Shown here one piece after another: positions 55,056 through 64,000 of a DNA stretch of 64,000 nucleotides. The notes under the pieces were generated by a model. It did not search any database, was not told the DNA's origin, and saw only the letters and a list, made by a program, of their open reading frames with translations. Each line of letters opens with the position of its first letter. Within the stretch, counting starts at the first letter, position 1. This DNA is from a virus. The DNA is taken from positions 1 through 64,000 of IMG/VR virus record IMGVR_UViG_3300050132_000248; one strand, written 5' to 3'. Made by a program: the position numbers and the translations under genes.

Positions 55056-56609
55056 ATGGCTATTCAAACAGTTCCCGGGTTAACGGGTTTTGTCTACTCC
55101 CGTGTGGCTTCAATGGACAAACGTGCAGTGGGTAAATTAACAGACGCAAATCACTTGGAATCATTTCACAGTACAGAGCCTGCGGACTATGATAAAAAAA
55201 TCATTAGTCTATATACCCAGAGCTCTTTGTATAGTAATGACTTCCTTGACATGATCAACAAAAGTACTCCCTATTACATCGACAACAATTCTGATGCATG
55301 GAAATGGGATGTACAGGTACCTTACAAATTTCCAAAAATCATCGACATTCCTGCAGCTACATTGAACTTATCAAAGCCGGGGATTGATGGTCAGGAATTT
55401 CAAATTGTTCTAGATACTAATGAGTTCTCCAAGAATGCAATTGTATCTGTGGGTTCTCGTCAGTATGGTCCTCGTTGGTATGTTACCAAAGATCCTATGC
55501 CTTACAATGTTGGATATCTTTACAACTTTACACTTGTAAGTGATAATCCTATAATTGATTACGTCAGTAGTACATTCCTTCAGGTAGGTGTTGAACTTGA
55601 ACTCATTGATGGTGTAATAGGTGAATTTGATCAGGATCTCTTAGGACTTCCTAGGTTGGGTGAAAAAATCACAATGTTTGAATCTCTTGGTTCAGCATAT
55701 GGTTTTGAACACAAAATTACACAATGGGCTGATGAGAAGATGATGAGGGATGCTTCTGGTAAAGCTTTAGACATTCTTGTATATGCTCCTCAGCGTAGGA
55801 ATCAACTTCCTCTTACAAGAAATGATATTAAATGGGAACCCTTTATTGAGTTCTGGATGCGTAAATCAATGCTTGAATTAAAGGTGAAGCGTATGATTTG
55901 GAGTAAGCCAGGAACTGTAAAAACAGGGGGTACCAAACAAGAATTAAAACGTGTATCTGCTGGTGTATACCATAGAATGCGTAACAATGGAAACCTTGTT
56001 CAATACAACAGGGGAGAATTCTCTGCTAATCTAATTCGTTCTGTCTTTGGTGATTTGTTCTATAGAAGGGTCGATGTAAAAGACCGTCATGTGAAAATGT
56101 ATACCAATGAATCAGGATTTGATGTTTTCCAACAGGCTCTTAAGAATGATGCTCTCAATTCTGGATTAACTTTCATGGCAGATTCTGGTAACAGATATTT
56201 GCAGGGTGAAGGTCAGCACATCACTTATAACTTTGCATTTGATGCAATGGTTACAAGGGAAACTGGTAGAGTGGAACTTATTCACTTAAAAGAACTTGAC
56301 CTGCCACAGAGCAATCTTGAATTTGGTCAGAATAAAAAATCTACACCTGTATTCATGGTGTTTGATGTCTCTCCAATGAGTGATGGATCAATGGTAAACA
56401 ATATTCGTGAGGTAAGGATGCAAGGTGCTCCTTCGATGACATGGGGATATATTGATGGTACTGCTCATCACTTAGGCTTTGCAAAGAGTCAGGGTATGAG
56501 CTCTGCAAATAAATTCCCGGGATATGAACTCTGGATGAAAGACCGTTGTGATGTATTTATTGAAGATCTATCTCGTACAGTGTTGATTGAAGAAATTCCA
56601 CAACTCTGA
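55056..56609 (+). CDS. major capsid protein (crAss-like, HK97 fold)
   Basis: 517 aa, position in module, highly biased codons, followed by a terminator. Confidence 0.85.
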   Translation: MAIQTVPGLTGFVYSRVASMDKRAVGKLTDANHLESFHSTEPADYDKKIISLYTQSSLYSNDFLDMINKSTPYYIDNNSDAWKWDVQVPYKFPKIIDIPAATLNLSKPGIDGQEFQIVLDTNEFSKNAIVSVGSRQYGPRWYVTKDPMPYNVGYLYNFTLVSDNPIIDYVSSTFLQVGVELELIDGVIGEFDQDLLGLPRLGEKITMFESLGSAYGFEHKITQWADEKMMRDASGKALDILVYAPQRRNQLPLTRNDIKWEPFIEFWMRKSMLELKVKRMIWSKPGTVKTGGTKQELKRVSAGVYHRMRNNGNLVQYNRGEFSANLIRSVFGDLFYRRVDVKDRHVKMYTNESGFDVFQQALKNDALNSGLTFMADSGNRYLQGEGQHITYNFAFDAMVTRETGRVELIHLKELDLPQSNLEFGQNKKSTPVFMVFDVSPMSDGSMVNNIREVRMQGAPSMTWGYIDGTAHHLGFAKSQGMSSANKFPGYELWMKDRCDVFIEDLSRTVLIEEIPQL

Positions 56610-56620
56610 TAATATTGAGA

Positions 56621-56654
56621 AAGCTCCCTCTTATTGAGGGGGCCTTCTTCTTTT
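56621..56654 (+). terminator. intrinsic terminator after MCP
   Basis: GCTCCCTC-TTATT-GAGGGGGC then CTTCTTCTTTT. Confidence 0.65.
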
Positions 56655-56684
56655 GAATTTAATTAATTTAAACTACATATTTAT

Positions 56685-57653
56685 ATGGGAAAAATAGGAA
56701 AGATTTCTACTATTAAGAAGGACTATTCAGTTAGTGGATTAGAAACAATGCAAGGAGGATTATCAAAACATGGACTCACAAGAATTCCGGGTACAGGTGT
56801 TTTTAAATATCCTTATAAGGAAATGGATGGAAAGTATAGAACAGGATTAGACAAAGATGCTTCCTACATTAAAAGGATAAGTGATCCTACAGAACAAGAT
56901 ATTGAACGAAAGAGAGTGGAGGATTTAAAGCAGAAATTAGAGAGTGCTCTTGGGGATGTTAAACTTGGTCCTCGTTCAACTTTCTGGAATTATGCACTTT
57001 CTACATCAACTGACGATACTCTTCATGTTCAACCTATGAAGTTAATAGATGGAGATAACTATTTTGACTTAAATATTCCTAGTCAGGAACTTGCTTTTTC
57101 TTGGTTAAGAGTGCATCCTACAATTGCAAGTTCTTATGGAGCTTGGGAAAGAGGAGACTATCCTGCTGAGACACAGTTTTATGTTGTTGATGATGACATT
57201 GAAAATTTGGTAGTATTTAAAAAGAAGGTGTTAATCAATAAGGCAATCTCAAAGTTTGACAGTATGACTCCTGATAAGAAGAAGAAGGTAGCCAGACTTT
57301 TAGGACTTCCTGTTACTGATAGTACAACAGAAGAATCTGTCTATAATCAGGTGGATAATGTTCTTAAACAAACTGAATTCAAATCTGGAAAATATCAAGG
57401 ATTATCAACAGTTGAGGTATTCAACAGATTTGCAGATATGAAAGAAAACCTACTCCATATAAAAGATGTAATTAAACAAGCCGTTCAATTCTCTATATAT
57501 AGGGTGAAACCTAATGGCAAAATATATGAAGGTGAATTTGAAGTGGCTACAGATGAAGATGAACTTCTAAAATTTCTTGCAGATGATGATCATCAGGAGG
57601 ATTTGATGACATTAGAAGGTAAACTTAAAATGAAGAAAATTGCTTCCGTATGA
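56685..57653 (+). CDS. conserved capsid-module protein
   Basis: 322 aa, post-MCP position typical of crAss-like head modules. Confidence 0.65.
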   Translation: MGKIGKISTIKKDYSVSGLETMQGGLSKHGLTRIPGTGVFKYPYKEMDGKYRTGLDKDASYIKRISDPTEQDIERKRVEDLKQKLESALGDVKLGPRSTFWNYALSTSTDDTLHVQPMKLIDGDNYFDLNIPSQELAFSWLRVHPTIASSYGAWERGDYPAETQFYVVDDDIENLVVFKKKVLINKAISKFDSMTPDKKKKVARLLGLPVTDSTTEESVYNQVDNVLKQTEFKSGKYQGLSTVEVFNRFADMKENLLHIKDVIKQAVQFSIYRVKPNGKIYEGEFEVATDEDELLKFLADDDHQEDLMTLEGKLKMKKIASV

Positions 57654-58381
57654 TACCTGTAGATAGTTTATTGTATAAAATAGATCAGAAACTAAATAAG
57701 CTATCGACAAACGATCACCAGCGTATTCAATTGGAAGATAAGATATTAGCCTTAAATGAGGCTCAATTAAAACTAATTAAGGAAAAAGTTGATGGTCCTC
57801 CCACTCCTTCAGGAGCAGGAATGGATGCAACAAGAAAGAGATATGAAGATCTTCAGAAACTCATAGAGTATTGGGAAGATCATCCTCTTGATCTAAAACT
57901 CACGAACAAAGAATTAAATAAGTGGACTGCTTCTTTGTCAACTATAAGTCCTGCATATATGCTTTATGTTGATGCATATGTTCTTGCTGATAAAGGAAAA
58001 TGCAAAGACAGGAAAATATGGATAAACAGAGACTTATTGGCTCATGGAGATATTCAGTTTGTATTAAATAATGTTCATTACAAACCATCATTTGAATATC
58101 AGGAGACATGTAGTTATGTAGCTTCAGATCAGATTGACATCTTTACAGATGGTACATTTACACCTACAAAACTATTTCTATCTTATTTACGTTATCCCCT
58201 TTATATAGATAAGGAGGGATATGTAAAATTAAATGGAAAAGATTCTGTCACTCAGGATTGTGAATTAAAGAATTACTTAGAAGATGAACTCGTTGATTTA
58301 GCTGTACAAGATCTTGCTGGCTATACAGAAAATGCAGGTGCAATGAGTACAGCACAAAGTAGAATACAAAAAAATGAATAA
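57650..58381 (+). CDS. putative head-tail adaptor/ring protein
   Basis: KLNKL...I...LNEAQ, Y.R.P, CEL...L.DELVD.AV pattern seen in phage adaptor-type proteins. Confidence 0.55.
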   Translation: MIPVDSLLYKIDQKLNKLSTNDHQRIQLEDKILALNEAQLKLIKEKVDGPPTPSGAGMDATRKRYEDLQKLIEYWEDHPLDLKLTNKELNKWTASLSTISPAYMLYVDAYVLADKGKCKDRKIWINRDLLAHGDIQFVLNNVHYKPSFEYQETCSYVASDQIDIFTDGTFTPTKLFLSYLRYPLYIDKEGYVKLNGKDSVTQDCELKNYLEDELVDLAVQDLAGYTENAGAMSTAQSRIQKNE

Positions 58382-58411
58382 TTTATTATTAACCCTTAAA
58401 TCTTAAACAAA

Positions 58412-59593
58412 ATGGCTGATTTTTCTTTGACTACCGTCTTTGTAGTACCTGTTGGGAACACTGTTCCAAGCACAGGATCTACACAGAATTTGGCTGCTGG
58501 TCAAGTGGGAATTTTTCTCAATGATTACAGTGCTGCAACTGCCGGAAATGTTGCTGCTGCTCCTTATTTCTACATTGCTCAAGGTAGGACTAACACCTAT
58601 CTGCAAGGTAGTAAACGCTCTGCTAAAATAAAAGGTTGTCCTTCAGGAACTGGCTGCAATAGCAATGTAACTGAATGGTACAAGGTAACAGGATGCCCTA
58701 CACCAGTTAATCAGATAATTGATATTGGTAGTTGGAATGTACAATGTGGTGATATAGTCACATTAACAATTCGTGCTCATTCAAGTTATATTGATACTCT
58801 GTATTTCAATGGTTTAACTCGTAGTGTAACTGTTAATGCTCCTTGTTGTGCATGTGGTGCAGATCCTTGTACTCAAGTTGATTACAATGCTCTTATTAAT
58901 GCATTCATTGTAAAACTGAATGCTACTGCTTCTGATTTCCTATTACCCGGAAGTACAGGAAGTAATCCTGATAATATTTATTTGTCACAATTCTTCACCT
59001 TCACTAATGTTGGTGGAACAGTTTTGGAAATCCAAGGTAAACCTCTTACCAAATATGGTCAGCCTTGTGATGTCTCTGCTTTTCCATTTGAATATGACAG
59101 AATGTGGTTCAGGACATTTGTTTATAGTGGACCTGCTACTACAGCTGACTTTATTGTTAGTGATGCTTGTAACATCGTAGCTACATCTACAACTACACAG
59201 AACTCCAACTTTGCAAAAGGTACTGATGCTGAAATTCAACAGTTGGAAAAGAATTATTACAGTTATCAGGCTGGTTATCTGAAACATATGTATAGGTTGA
59301 TGGGATACAATGGTAACTATGAAGATTGGGTTACTGCTGGAACTATCTATAATACATATTATATCAAATTCAATGGACTTGATAGAAATGAAGAAAATTG
59401 GGGTGACTATATTCCTGAGGATAGTATGGTGATAATTGCTGTTCAGAAGAGTAGTGCTGCAGAGACAGCTATTGTAAATATTCTTACACCTGCTCTTGGT
59501 TCTCCTACTGACGATAGTGGTGCATGTATTACTACAACATCTACTACTACAATTGCTCCAACAACTACTACTACAACCACTGGGATAGGCTAA
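58412..59593 (+). CDS. abundant structural protein (auxiliary capsid/tail-type)
   Basis: 393 aa, Cys clusters, Thr-rich tail, followed by a terminator. Confidence 0.6.
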   Translation: MADFSLTTVFVVPVGNTVPSTGSTQNLAAGQVGIFLNDYSAATAGNVAAAPYFYIAQGRTNTYLQGSKRSAKIKGCPSGTGCNSNVTEWYKVTGCPTPVNQIIDIGSWNVQCGDIVTLTIRAHSSYIDTLYFNGLTRSVTVNAPCCACGADPCTQVDYNALINAFIVKLNATASDFLLPGSTGSNPDNIYLSQFFTFTNVGGTVLEIQGKPLTKYGQPCDVSAFPFEYDRMWFRTFVYSGPATTADFIVSDACNIVATSTTTQNSNFAKGTDAEIQQLEKNYYSYQAGYLKHMYRLMGYNGNYEDWVTAGTIYNTYYIKFNGLDRNEENWGDYIPEDSMVIIAVQKSSAAETAIVNILTPALGSPTDDSGACITTTSTTTIAPTTTTTTTGIG

Positions 59594-59610
59594 CTAAATA
59601 ATTAACTTAT

Positions 59611-59662
59611 AAGAACCGTTAAGGGTAAGGGGATTCCCAAATTCCTTAACGGTTCTTTTTTT
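59611..59662 (+). terminator. intrinsic terminator
   Basis: AAGAACCGTTAAGG...CCTTAACGGTTCTT 14-bp stem plus T-tract. Confidence 0.75.
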
Positions 59663-59675
59663 AAATAAAACAACA

Positions 59676-60224
59676 ATGGCAAACATCATAAATATATTAA
59701 CCATTCCTACTTATGACCTTAATACATTAGCTGTTGTTGACAACTCAGTGTATGATGGCACACCTCCTTCTGTTACATTAACAATAGATGTACCTGGATT
59801 TGGACAAGCTATGGGATTGGCTTTTAATGTTAATTCTGTAAATATTTATAACTCAATAAACTTGGGTATATCTTCAGCACTTGAACCTCTTCCTGATGGT
59901 AATTATTGCATCTCATATATGATAACTGGAAATCCTGTTCCAGCGATAGAGAAGAGAATAATGAGAGTTGATAGGCTTCAGCAAAAATTTGATGAAGCTT
60001 TTCTTACCCTTGATATGATGGAAAATGATAGAGCAATAAAGACGCAATCAAAAATTGATCTTATGAGCATTTATTTCTTCATACAGGGAGCAATTGCTTC
60101 AGCAAATAATTGTGCTGTTGCAGAGGCAACCAAACTTTATATTCAAGCAGACAGGATGTTGAATTCATTTATAGGAAAGAATTGTGGATCTTCAGGAAAC
60201 AATTACATTATAAATTTTTCATAA
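59676..60224 (+). CDS. structural-module protein with Ig-like N-terminus
   Basis: D.S.Y, I..PG, LPDG.Y.I.Y pattern. Confidence 0.6.
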   Translation: MANIINILTIPTYDLNTLAVVDNSVYDGTPPSVTLTIDVPGFGQAMGLAFNVNSVNIYNSINLGISSALEPLPDGNYCISYMITGNPVPAIEKRIMRVDRLQQKFDEAFLTLDMMENDRAIKTQSKIDLMSIYFFIQGAIASANNCAVAEATKLYIQADRMLNSFIGKNCGSSGNNYIINFS

Positions 60225-60225
60225 T

Positions 60226-60363
60226 ATGAAGTGTATAGGATGCCACAAATCAGTTTCATGCAGTTGCCAATTAGTAGATGGCTTATGCTTACAATGTAGA
60301 AAACTTAAGAAAGGAATAATCAATGCTGCACTCACGACTTACAAATTGTTCAGGAGCTACTGA
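60226..60363 (+). CDS. small Cys-rich protein (45 aa, not in ORF track)
   Basis: MKCIGCHKSVSCSCQLVDGLCLQCRKLKKGIINAALTTYKLFRSY*. Confidence 0.6.
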   Translation: MKCIGCHKSVSCSCQLVDGLCLQCRKLKKGIINAALTTYKLFRSY

Positions 60364-60919
60364 CATATCTATATTATTAAATGATATAGATTGCAAGTTG
60401 GTAAAACTTGGGAATGCATTATATGGGAATGCAGTCTATATGATGAATAATGATATTTCAGCAGTTGACATAATTGATTTATTAACATACAAAAGAATTC
60501 TTACCTTTAAACAGGTAAATCCTAATTATGCTTCAGTTGGAAGTTCATGGGGAGCAGAAATGATTGGTGATGTTATTCAATGGAACCAAACCAATCTTAT
60601 TTATAGAACACCTTACATCTTCTGGTGGAACAGAATAATCAAAGATGCTATTTCAACAGATACAATATTTCCTGATCTTATTCCACAAAAGACAGTTATC
60701 ACCACCATTAGTGTTGATAATTTAACTACTAATGGATTTCAACTTGTCATTCAGTTATCAGACACTACTGAGTTACTTAATGAATATATAAATCCATCTG
60801 GATTTTTAACATTAACACTTAACACACCAGTTAATTCATTGAGTGGAATTAATATCACATCTCCTTCATGGAATGGTGCAGAAATAAATCTTTCACTAAC
60901 TATTGAAAATCCATTTTAA
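60323..60919 (+). CDS. structural-module hypothetical protein
   Basis: 198-aa ORF. Confidence 0.6.
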   Translation: MLHSRLTNCSGATDISILLNDIDCKLVKLGNALYGNAVYMMNNDISAVDIIDLLTYKRILTFKQVNPNYASVGSSWGAEMIGDVIQWNQTNLIYRTPYIFWWNRIIKDAISTDTIFPDLIPQKTVITTISVDNLTTNGFQLVIQLSDTTELLNEYINPSGFLTLTLNTPVNSLSGINITSPSWNGAEINLSLTIENPF

Positions 60920-63900
60920 ATGAGAAAGATTTTAATATTTATATTGCTTTTATGGACAGGATTTCTTGTTGCTCAGAATCCTTTTAAAACTTCTAAGCTA
61001 ACTACTCCACTTATTTTTATACCTGATAATATAACTGCTCCTTCTCCTTCAACAGATTTTATATATCATATAGGGAGTGGTCTTTACTGGGGTAATCAAC
61101 TTCTTAATTTTGATACAACAGGAGTTGCAAAGAGAGGATGGGTAACAGCTACTTTTGAACCTAAGTTGGGAAATCCTCTTGTGAATGGATGTATATTATC
61201 TTCTACAACAGGAGGGTTAAGATCATGGATTCCTAAAAGTGGTATAATAGACACTACAATTTTAACAACCCTCTGGCATTTCAATCATTATGCTACATGG
61301 ACAGACAATGGCAATAATAAGCAAACCAGCAAGAGGGATACTGTACAAGTAGAATTTCTCAAACTTCCTAATGATGGACTTTCTGCAATAGACTTTGATA
61401 ATTACGATAGCACAACTATTTACAGTGATCGAAGTGGAAATTTGGTTTTATCAACCGATATGTACAATGGAAATTATTTTAATTTATCCAGACCAGCACC
61501 AGGTTATTCTGGATTCAGGATAGCAGCTCAAAATAAAATGAGCCCGATTACCGAAGAAATAAGTGGCAATTCAAATTTCGATAACCCATTTATAGATTTG
61601 TCTATTGTTTCAAAGGGTGAAAATACTTCTGATTTAAGATTTGATTCAACCGGAATGTGTTTTTACTTTTCAACACCCGGAATACATAGAATGAATTTAA
61701 TGAAAGACACGTTACCTTGTGATACCATATTTTCAAAACACTTAAAACTTGAAGATTTGTCAGGTTCAGGAACTTCATTGGGATTGGATTCTCACAATAA
61801 CGTAATAAAGACAAGTGTTGGTGATTATGATTCCATCTGGACTGAAGATTTAACATTAGGTCACCATTGGTTATATTTAAGACGTTTTAATGATAGTGTG
61901 GGAATAGGACTATCGCAACCAACTGCTAAATTAGACGTAAACGGAGAAATTAAAGCAACTGTAAATAGTGGGGATGCCATAAATGCAACTTCAATAACAG
62001 GAATTGGAGTTTATGCTAATGCTCCTGACAATGTAGGTGTATGGGGTGCGTCTTATAATGGTTCTGGGGTATATGGTTCTTCTACAAATAGCTATGGGGT
62101 ATACGGAAATAGTTATGCAAGCGATGGAGTTAAAGGCATTTCAATAACAGGATTTGCGGGTGAATTTATTGGTCTTACAAAGATGGATAGTGTTATTATT
62201 ACCCACGTCAAACTTCGCACAGGATTAGATACTATAATGGTAATAAATCACGATAGCTTGTATAAGCAACTATTACCCACCATCCCTGCTGGACAGATTC
62301 AATCTGATTGGAACCAGACAAATAATGTTTATCTCGACTTCATTAAGAATAAACCCAACCTTTCAATTTATCGTACATTGGGTAATCATGATTCACTTTC
62401 ACAGTTAAAGGAAAAAAGTTATAATGATCTGACTGATAAACCATCTTTCGTTAGCGGAACTGGCCCCCAAAATTATTTACCAGTGTGGTTATCAGGAGGA
62501 ATAAGTTTAGGTACGAGTATAATAAGTACAACGGGAACAGATATAACTTCTATTTCTACTTATAAAGGATTACATTCTGATGGACATAATATTTTTATGG
62601 GTGGTGGTGGTCAAAATTCCATAGGACAAGTGGGGTCAACTTATCTTGGAAGTAATAATACTGTTTATGGGAATCAATCTTTTATGAATAATACTAATGG
62701 TTATATGAATGTCGCCATTGGTAATACATCGTTATATAGTAATACAACGGGGATTGGTAATGTCGCCATTGGCGGTCAATCTTTGTTTAACAATAGTACA
62801 GGAAATTATAATATTGCCATTGGCTATGGTTCAATGATGCCTTCTAATGGTGACAATAATACTGCTATTGGGAAATCAACACTTATGACTAATACCACTG
62901 GAAGTCATAATACAGCAATAGGGTTTTTTTCTATGGAGGGAAACGAAACAGGATTTTATAATACCGCAATTGGAGAAAATAGTTTGGGAGAAGTATTATA
63001 TGGTTGGGGTAATACAGGATTGGGTAGTTATTCTTTATGGTTAAATTTTAATGGAAGTGACAATATTGGAATAGGAGATAGTGCTGGATTTAATGAAACA
63101 AGTTCATTTAATCTTTATATTGGTAAAGGAGATTCTACGACAGCTCCTATTTATGGAAAAATGTCTAAAAACAGATACAGAATAAACGGCAATTTACTTG
63201 TAAAAACCATTCCAATAGCAGGTTCACGGCCCAATTATGTTTTATCTCCAGACGCAAATAATAATATACAAAAATATTCATTTCCTTCTTATTCAGCCGG
63301 ATATGGATTAGGACTATCAGGAACTACCTTCTATAATTCACGTTATTGGGGAACACAGGATAGTCTTAAAACATCATTATCGGGATTGGTATTGGCAACA
63401 GCAGGTAAGCTGACAGCAATTACTAATAATTCTTCAAATTGGGATAGCGGATATGCTTACCGATTGACAGGAGCAACAGGTTCAGCACCCTTGACATTGG
63501 GATTAAGTGGTAATGCTTTAACAGGTTCGATAGATACCTCAACAGCAAAGACAGGTTTGGCAAACTTATATCAACTTGGATTGAAGGCTAATAAAGCCAC
63601 TACGATAACAATAAACGGAACAGGGTATGATCTATCCACCAATAGGAGTTGGTCTATTGCAGGTAGTGATACTTCGTTACTCAAGCACAAAAATGATACC
63701 GTGAATACCAAAACCGGATTCACTACTTTATACCAAAACGGTTTGAAGGCAAACAAATCAACCATCTTAACTATTAATGGTACGGCATACGATATTTCGG
63801 CTAATAGAAGCTGGACAATTGCCACTACCGACACCTCGCTTTTGAAGCACAAAAACGACAGTATAAATGCAAAGACAGGGTTCACTACCTTGTACCAAAA

Positions 63901-64000
63901 TAGTCTAAAGCAGAATAAGATCACCACTTCAGCCGACACTTCTAAGTTTGCATGGCATGACTTAACTATGCACAAAATTTATTACAGTAATATTCAGGCT
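60920..64000 (+). CDS. large fibre/adhesin-like protein with signal peptide (3' partial, at least 1027 aa; not in ORF track)
   Basis: Open frame from ATG 60920 to window end; MRKILIFILLLWTGFLVA|QN; VGIG...P.AKLDVNG, GVYG repeats, N.AIG..SL..NTTG beta-roll repeats, QSDWNQT...FIKNKP, TINGT.YD.S.NRSW repeats. Confidence 0.8.
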   Translation, partial: MRKILIFILLLWTGFLVAQNPFKTSKLTTPLIFIPDNITAPSPSTDFIYHIGSGLYWGNQLLNFDTTGVAKRGWVTATFEPKLGNPLVNGCILSSTTGGLRSWIPKSGIIDTTILTTLWHFNHYATWTDNGNNKQTSKRDTVQVEFLKLPNDGLSAIDFDNYDSTTIYSDRSGNLVLSTDMYNGNYFNLSRPAPGYSGFRIAAQNKMSPITEEISGNSNFDNPFIDLSIVSKGENTSDLRFDSTGMCFYFSTPGIHRMNLMKDTLPCDTIFSKHLKLEDLSGSGTSLGLDSHNNVIKTSVGDYDSIWTEDLTLGHHWLYLRRFNDSVGIGLSQPTAKLDVNGEIKATVNSGDAINATSITGIGVYANAPDNVGVWGASYNGSGVYGSSTNSYGVYGNSYASDGVKGISITGFAGEFIGLTKMDSVIITHVKLRTGLDTIMVINHDSLYKQLLPTIPAGQIQSDWNQTNNVYLDFIKNKPNLSIYRTLGNHDSLSQLKEKSYNDLTDKPSFVSGTGPQNYLPVWLSGGISLGTSIISTTGTDITSISTYKGLHSDGHNIFMGGGGQNSIGQVGSTYLGSNNTVYGNQSFMNNTNGYMNVAIGNTSLYSNTTGIGNVAIGGQSLFNNSTGNYNIAIGYGSMMPSNGDNNTAIGKSTLMTNTTGSHNTAIGFFSMEGNETGFYNTAIGENSLGEVLYGWGNTGLGSYSLWLNFNGSDNIGIGDSAGFNETSSFNLYIGKGDSTTAPIYGKMSKNRYRINGNLLVKTIPIAGSRPNYVLSPDANNNIQKYSFPSYSAGYGLGLSGTTFYNSRYWGTQDSLKTSLSGLVLATAGKLTAITNNSSNWDSGYAYRLTGATGSAPLTLGLSGNALTGSIDTSTAKTGLANLYQLGLKANKATTITINGTGYDLSTNRSWSIAGSDTSLLKHKNDTVNTKTGFTTLYQNGLKANKSTILTINGTAYDISANRSWTIATTDTSLLKHKNDSINAKTGFTTLYQNSLKQNKITTSADTSKFAWHDLTMHKIYYSNIQA
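63578..63901 (+). repeat. tandem 54-aa repeat within the fibre-like ORF
   Basis: GLKANKATTITINGTGYDLSTNRSWSIAGSDTSLLKHKNDTVNTKTGFTTLYQN / GLKANKSTILTINGTAYDISANRSWTIATTDTSLLKHKNDSINAKTGFTTLYQN. Confidence 0.8.

Noticed and set aside
63571-63975. 134-aa minus-strand ORF from the track
   Set aside because: Antisense to the continuous plus-strand fibre-like ORF; its repeats mirror that protein's repeats.

Overview
A 64 kb, AT-rich piece of a crAss-like (Crassvirales-related) tailed phage, probably infecting a Bacteroidota/FCB host. The host inference rests on TAnnTTTG promoters, A-rich translation starts and signal peptides cleaved before Gln. The standard genetic code gives intact long genes. 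Layout: (i) 30-598, three small basic + strand ORFs; (ii) 591-35663, a minus-strand accessory/replication block with methyltransferase, GT2-like and GT6 glycosyltransferases, RepL-like protein, RecA, PD-(D/E)XK nuclease, rIIA/rIIB, an atypical UDG, WGR-fused ATP-dependent ligase, a LAGLIDADG endonuclease, primase, Sak4-like ATPase, SF2 helicase, intein-containing DnaB helicase, RtcB and PolB; (iii) 35647-47247, many small minus-strand early-type genes and a hairpin-rich, largely non-coding island; (iv) 47557-64000, a + strand head module (HU-like, terminase, portal, scaffold-like, major capsid, conserved structural genes) ending in a >1000-aa fibre/adhesin-like ORF that runs off the window. 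The most unusual signals are: a near-perfect tRNA cloverleaf with a 16-nt anticodon loop, plus two related cloverleaf-like elements with shared acceptor/T-arm sequence, in a phage that also encodes RtcB; a homing endonuclease flanked by two copies of the primase C-terminus that differ at the wobble base of nine consecutive codons; strong Shine-Dalgarno motifs on accessory genes but not on capsid genes; an ABO-like GT6 with DXD and cis-AB-type residues; and a UDG lacking its catalytic Asp. All calls come from motif recognition by eye; no database searches or folding programs were run.
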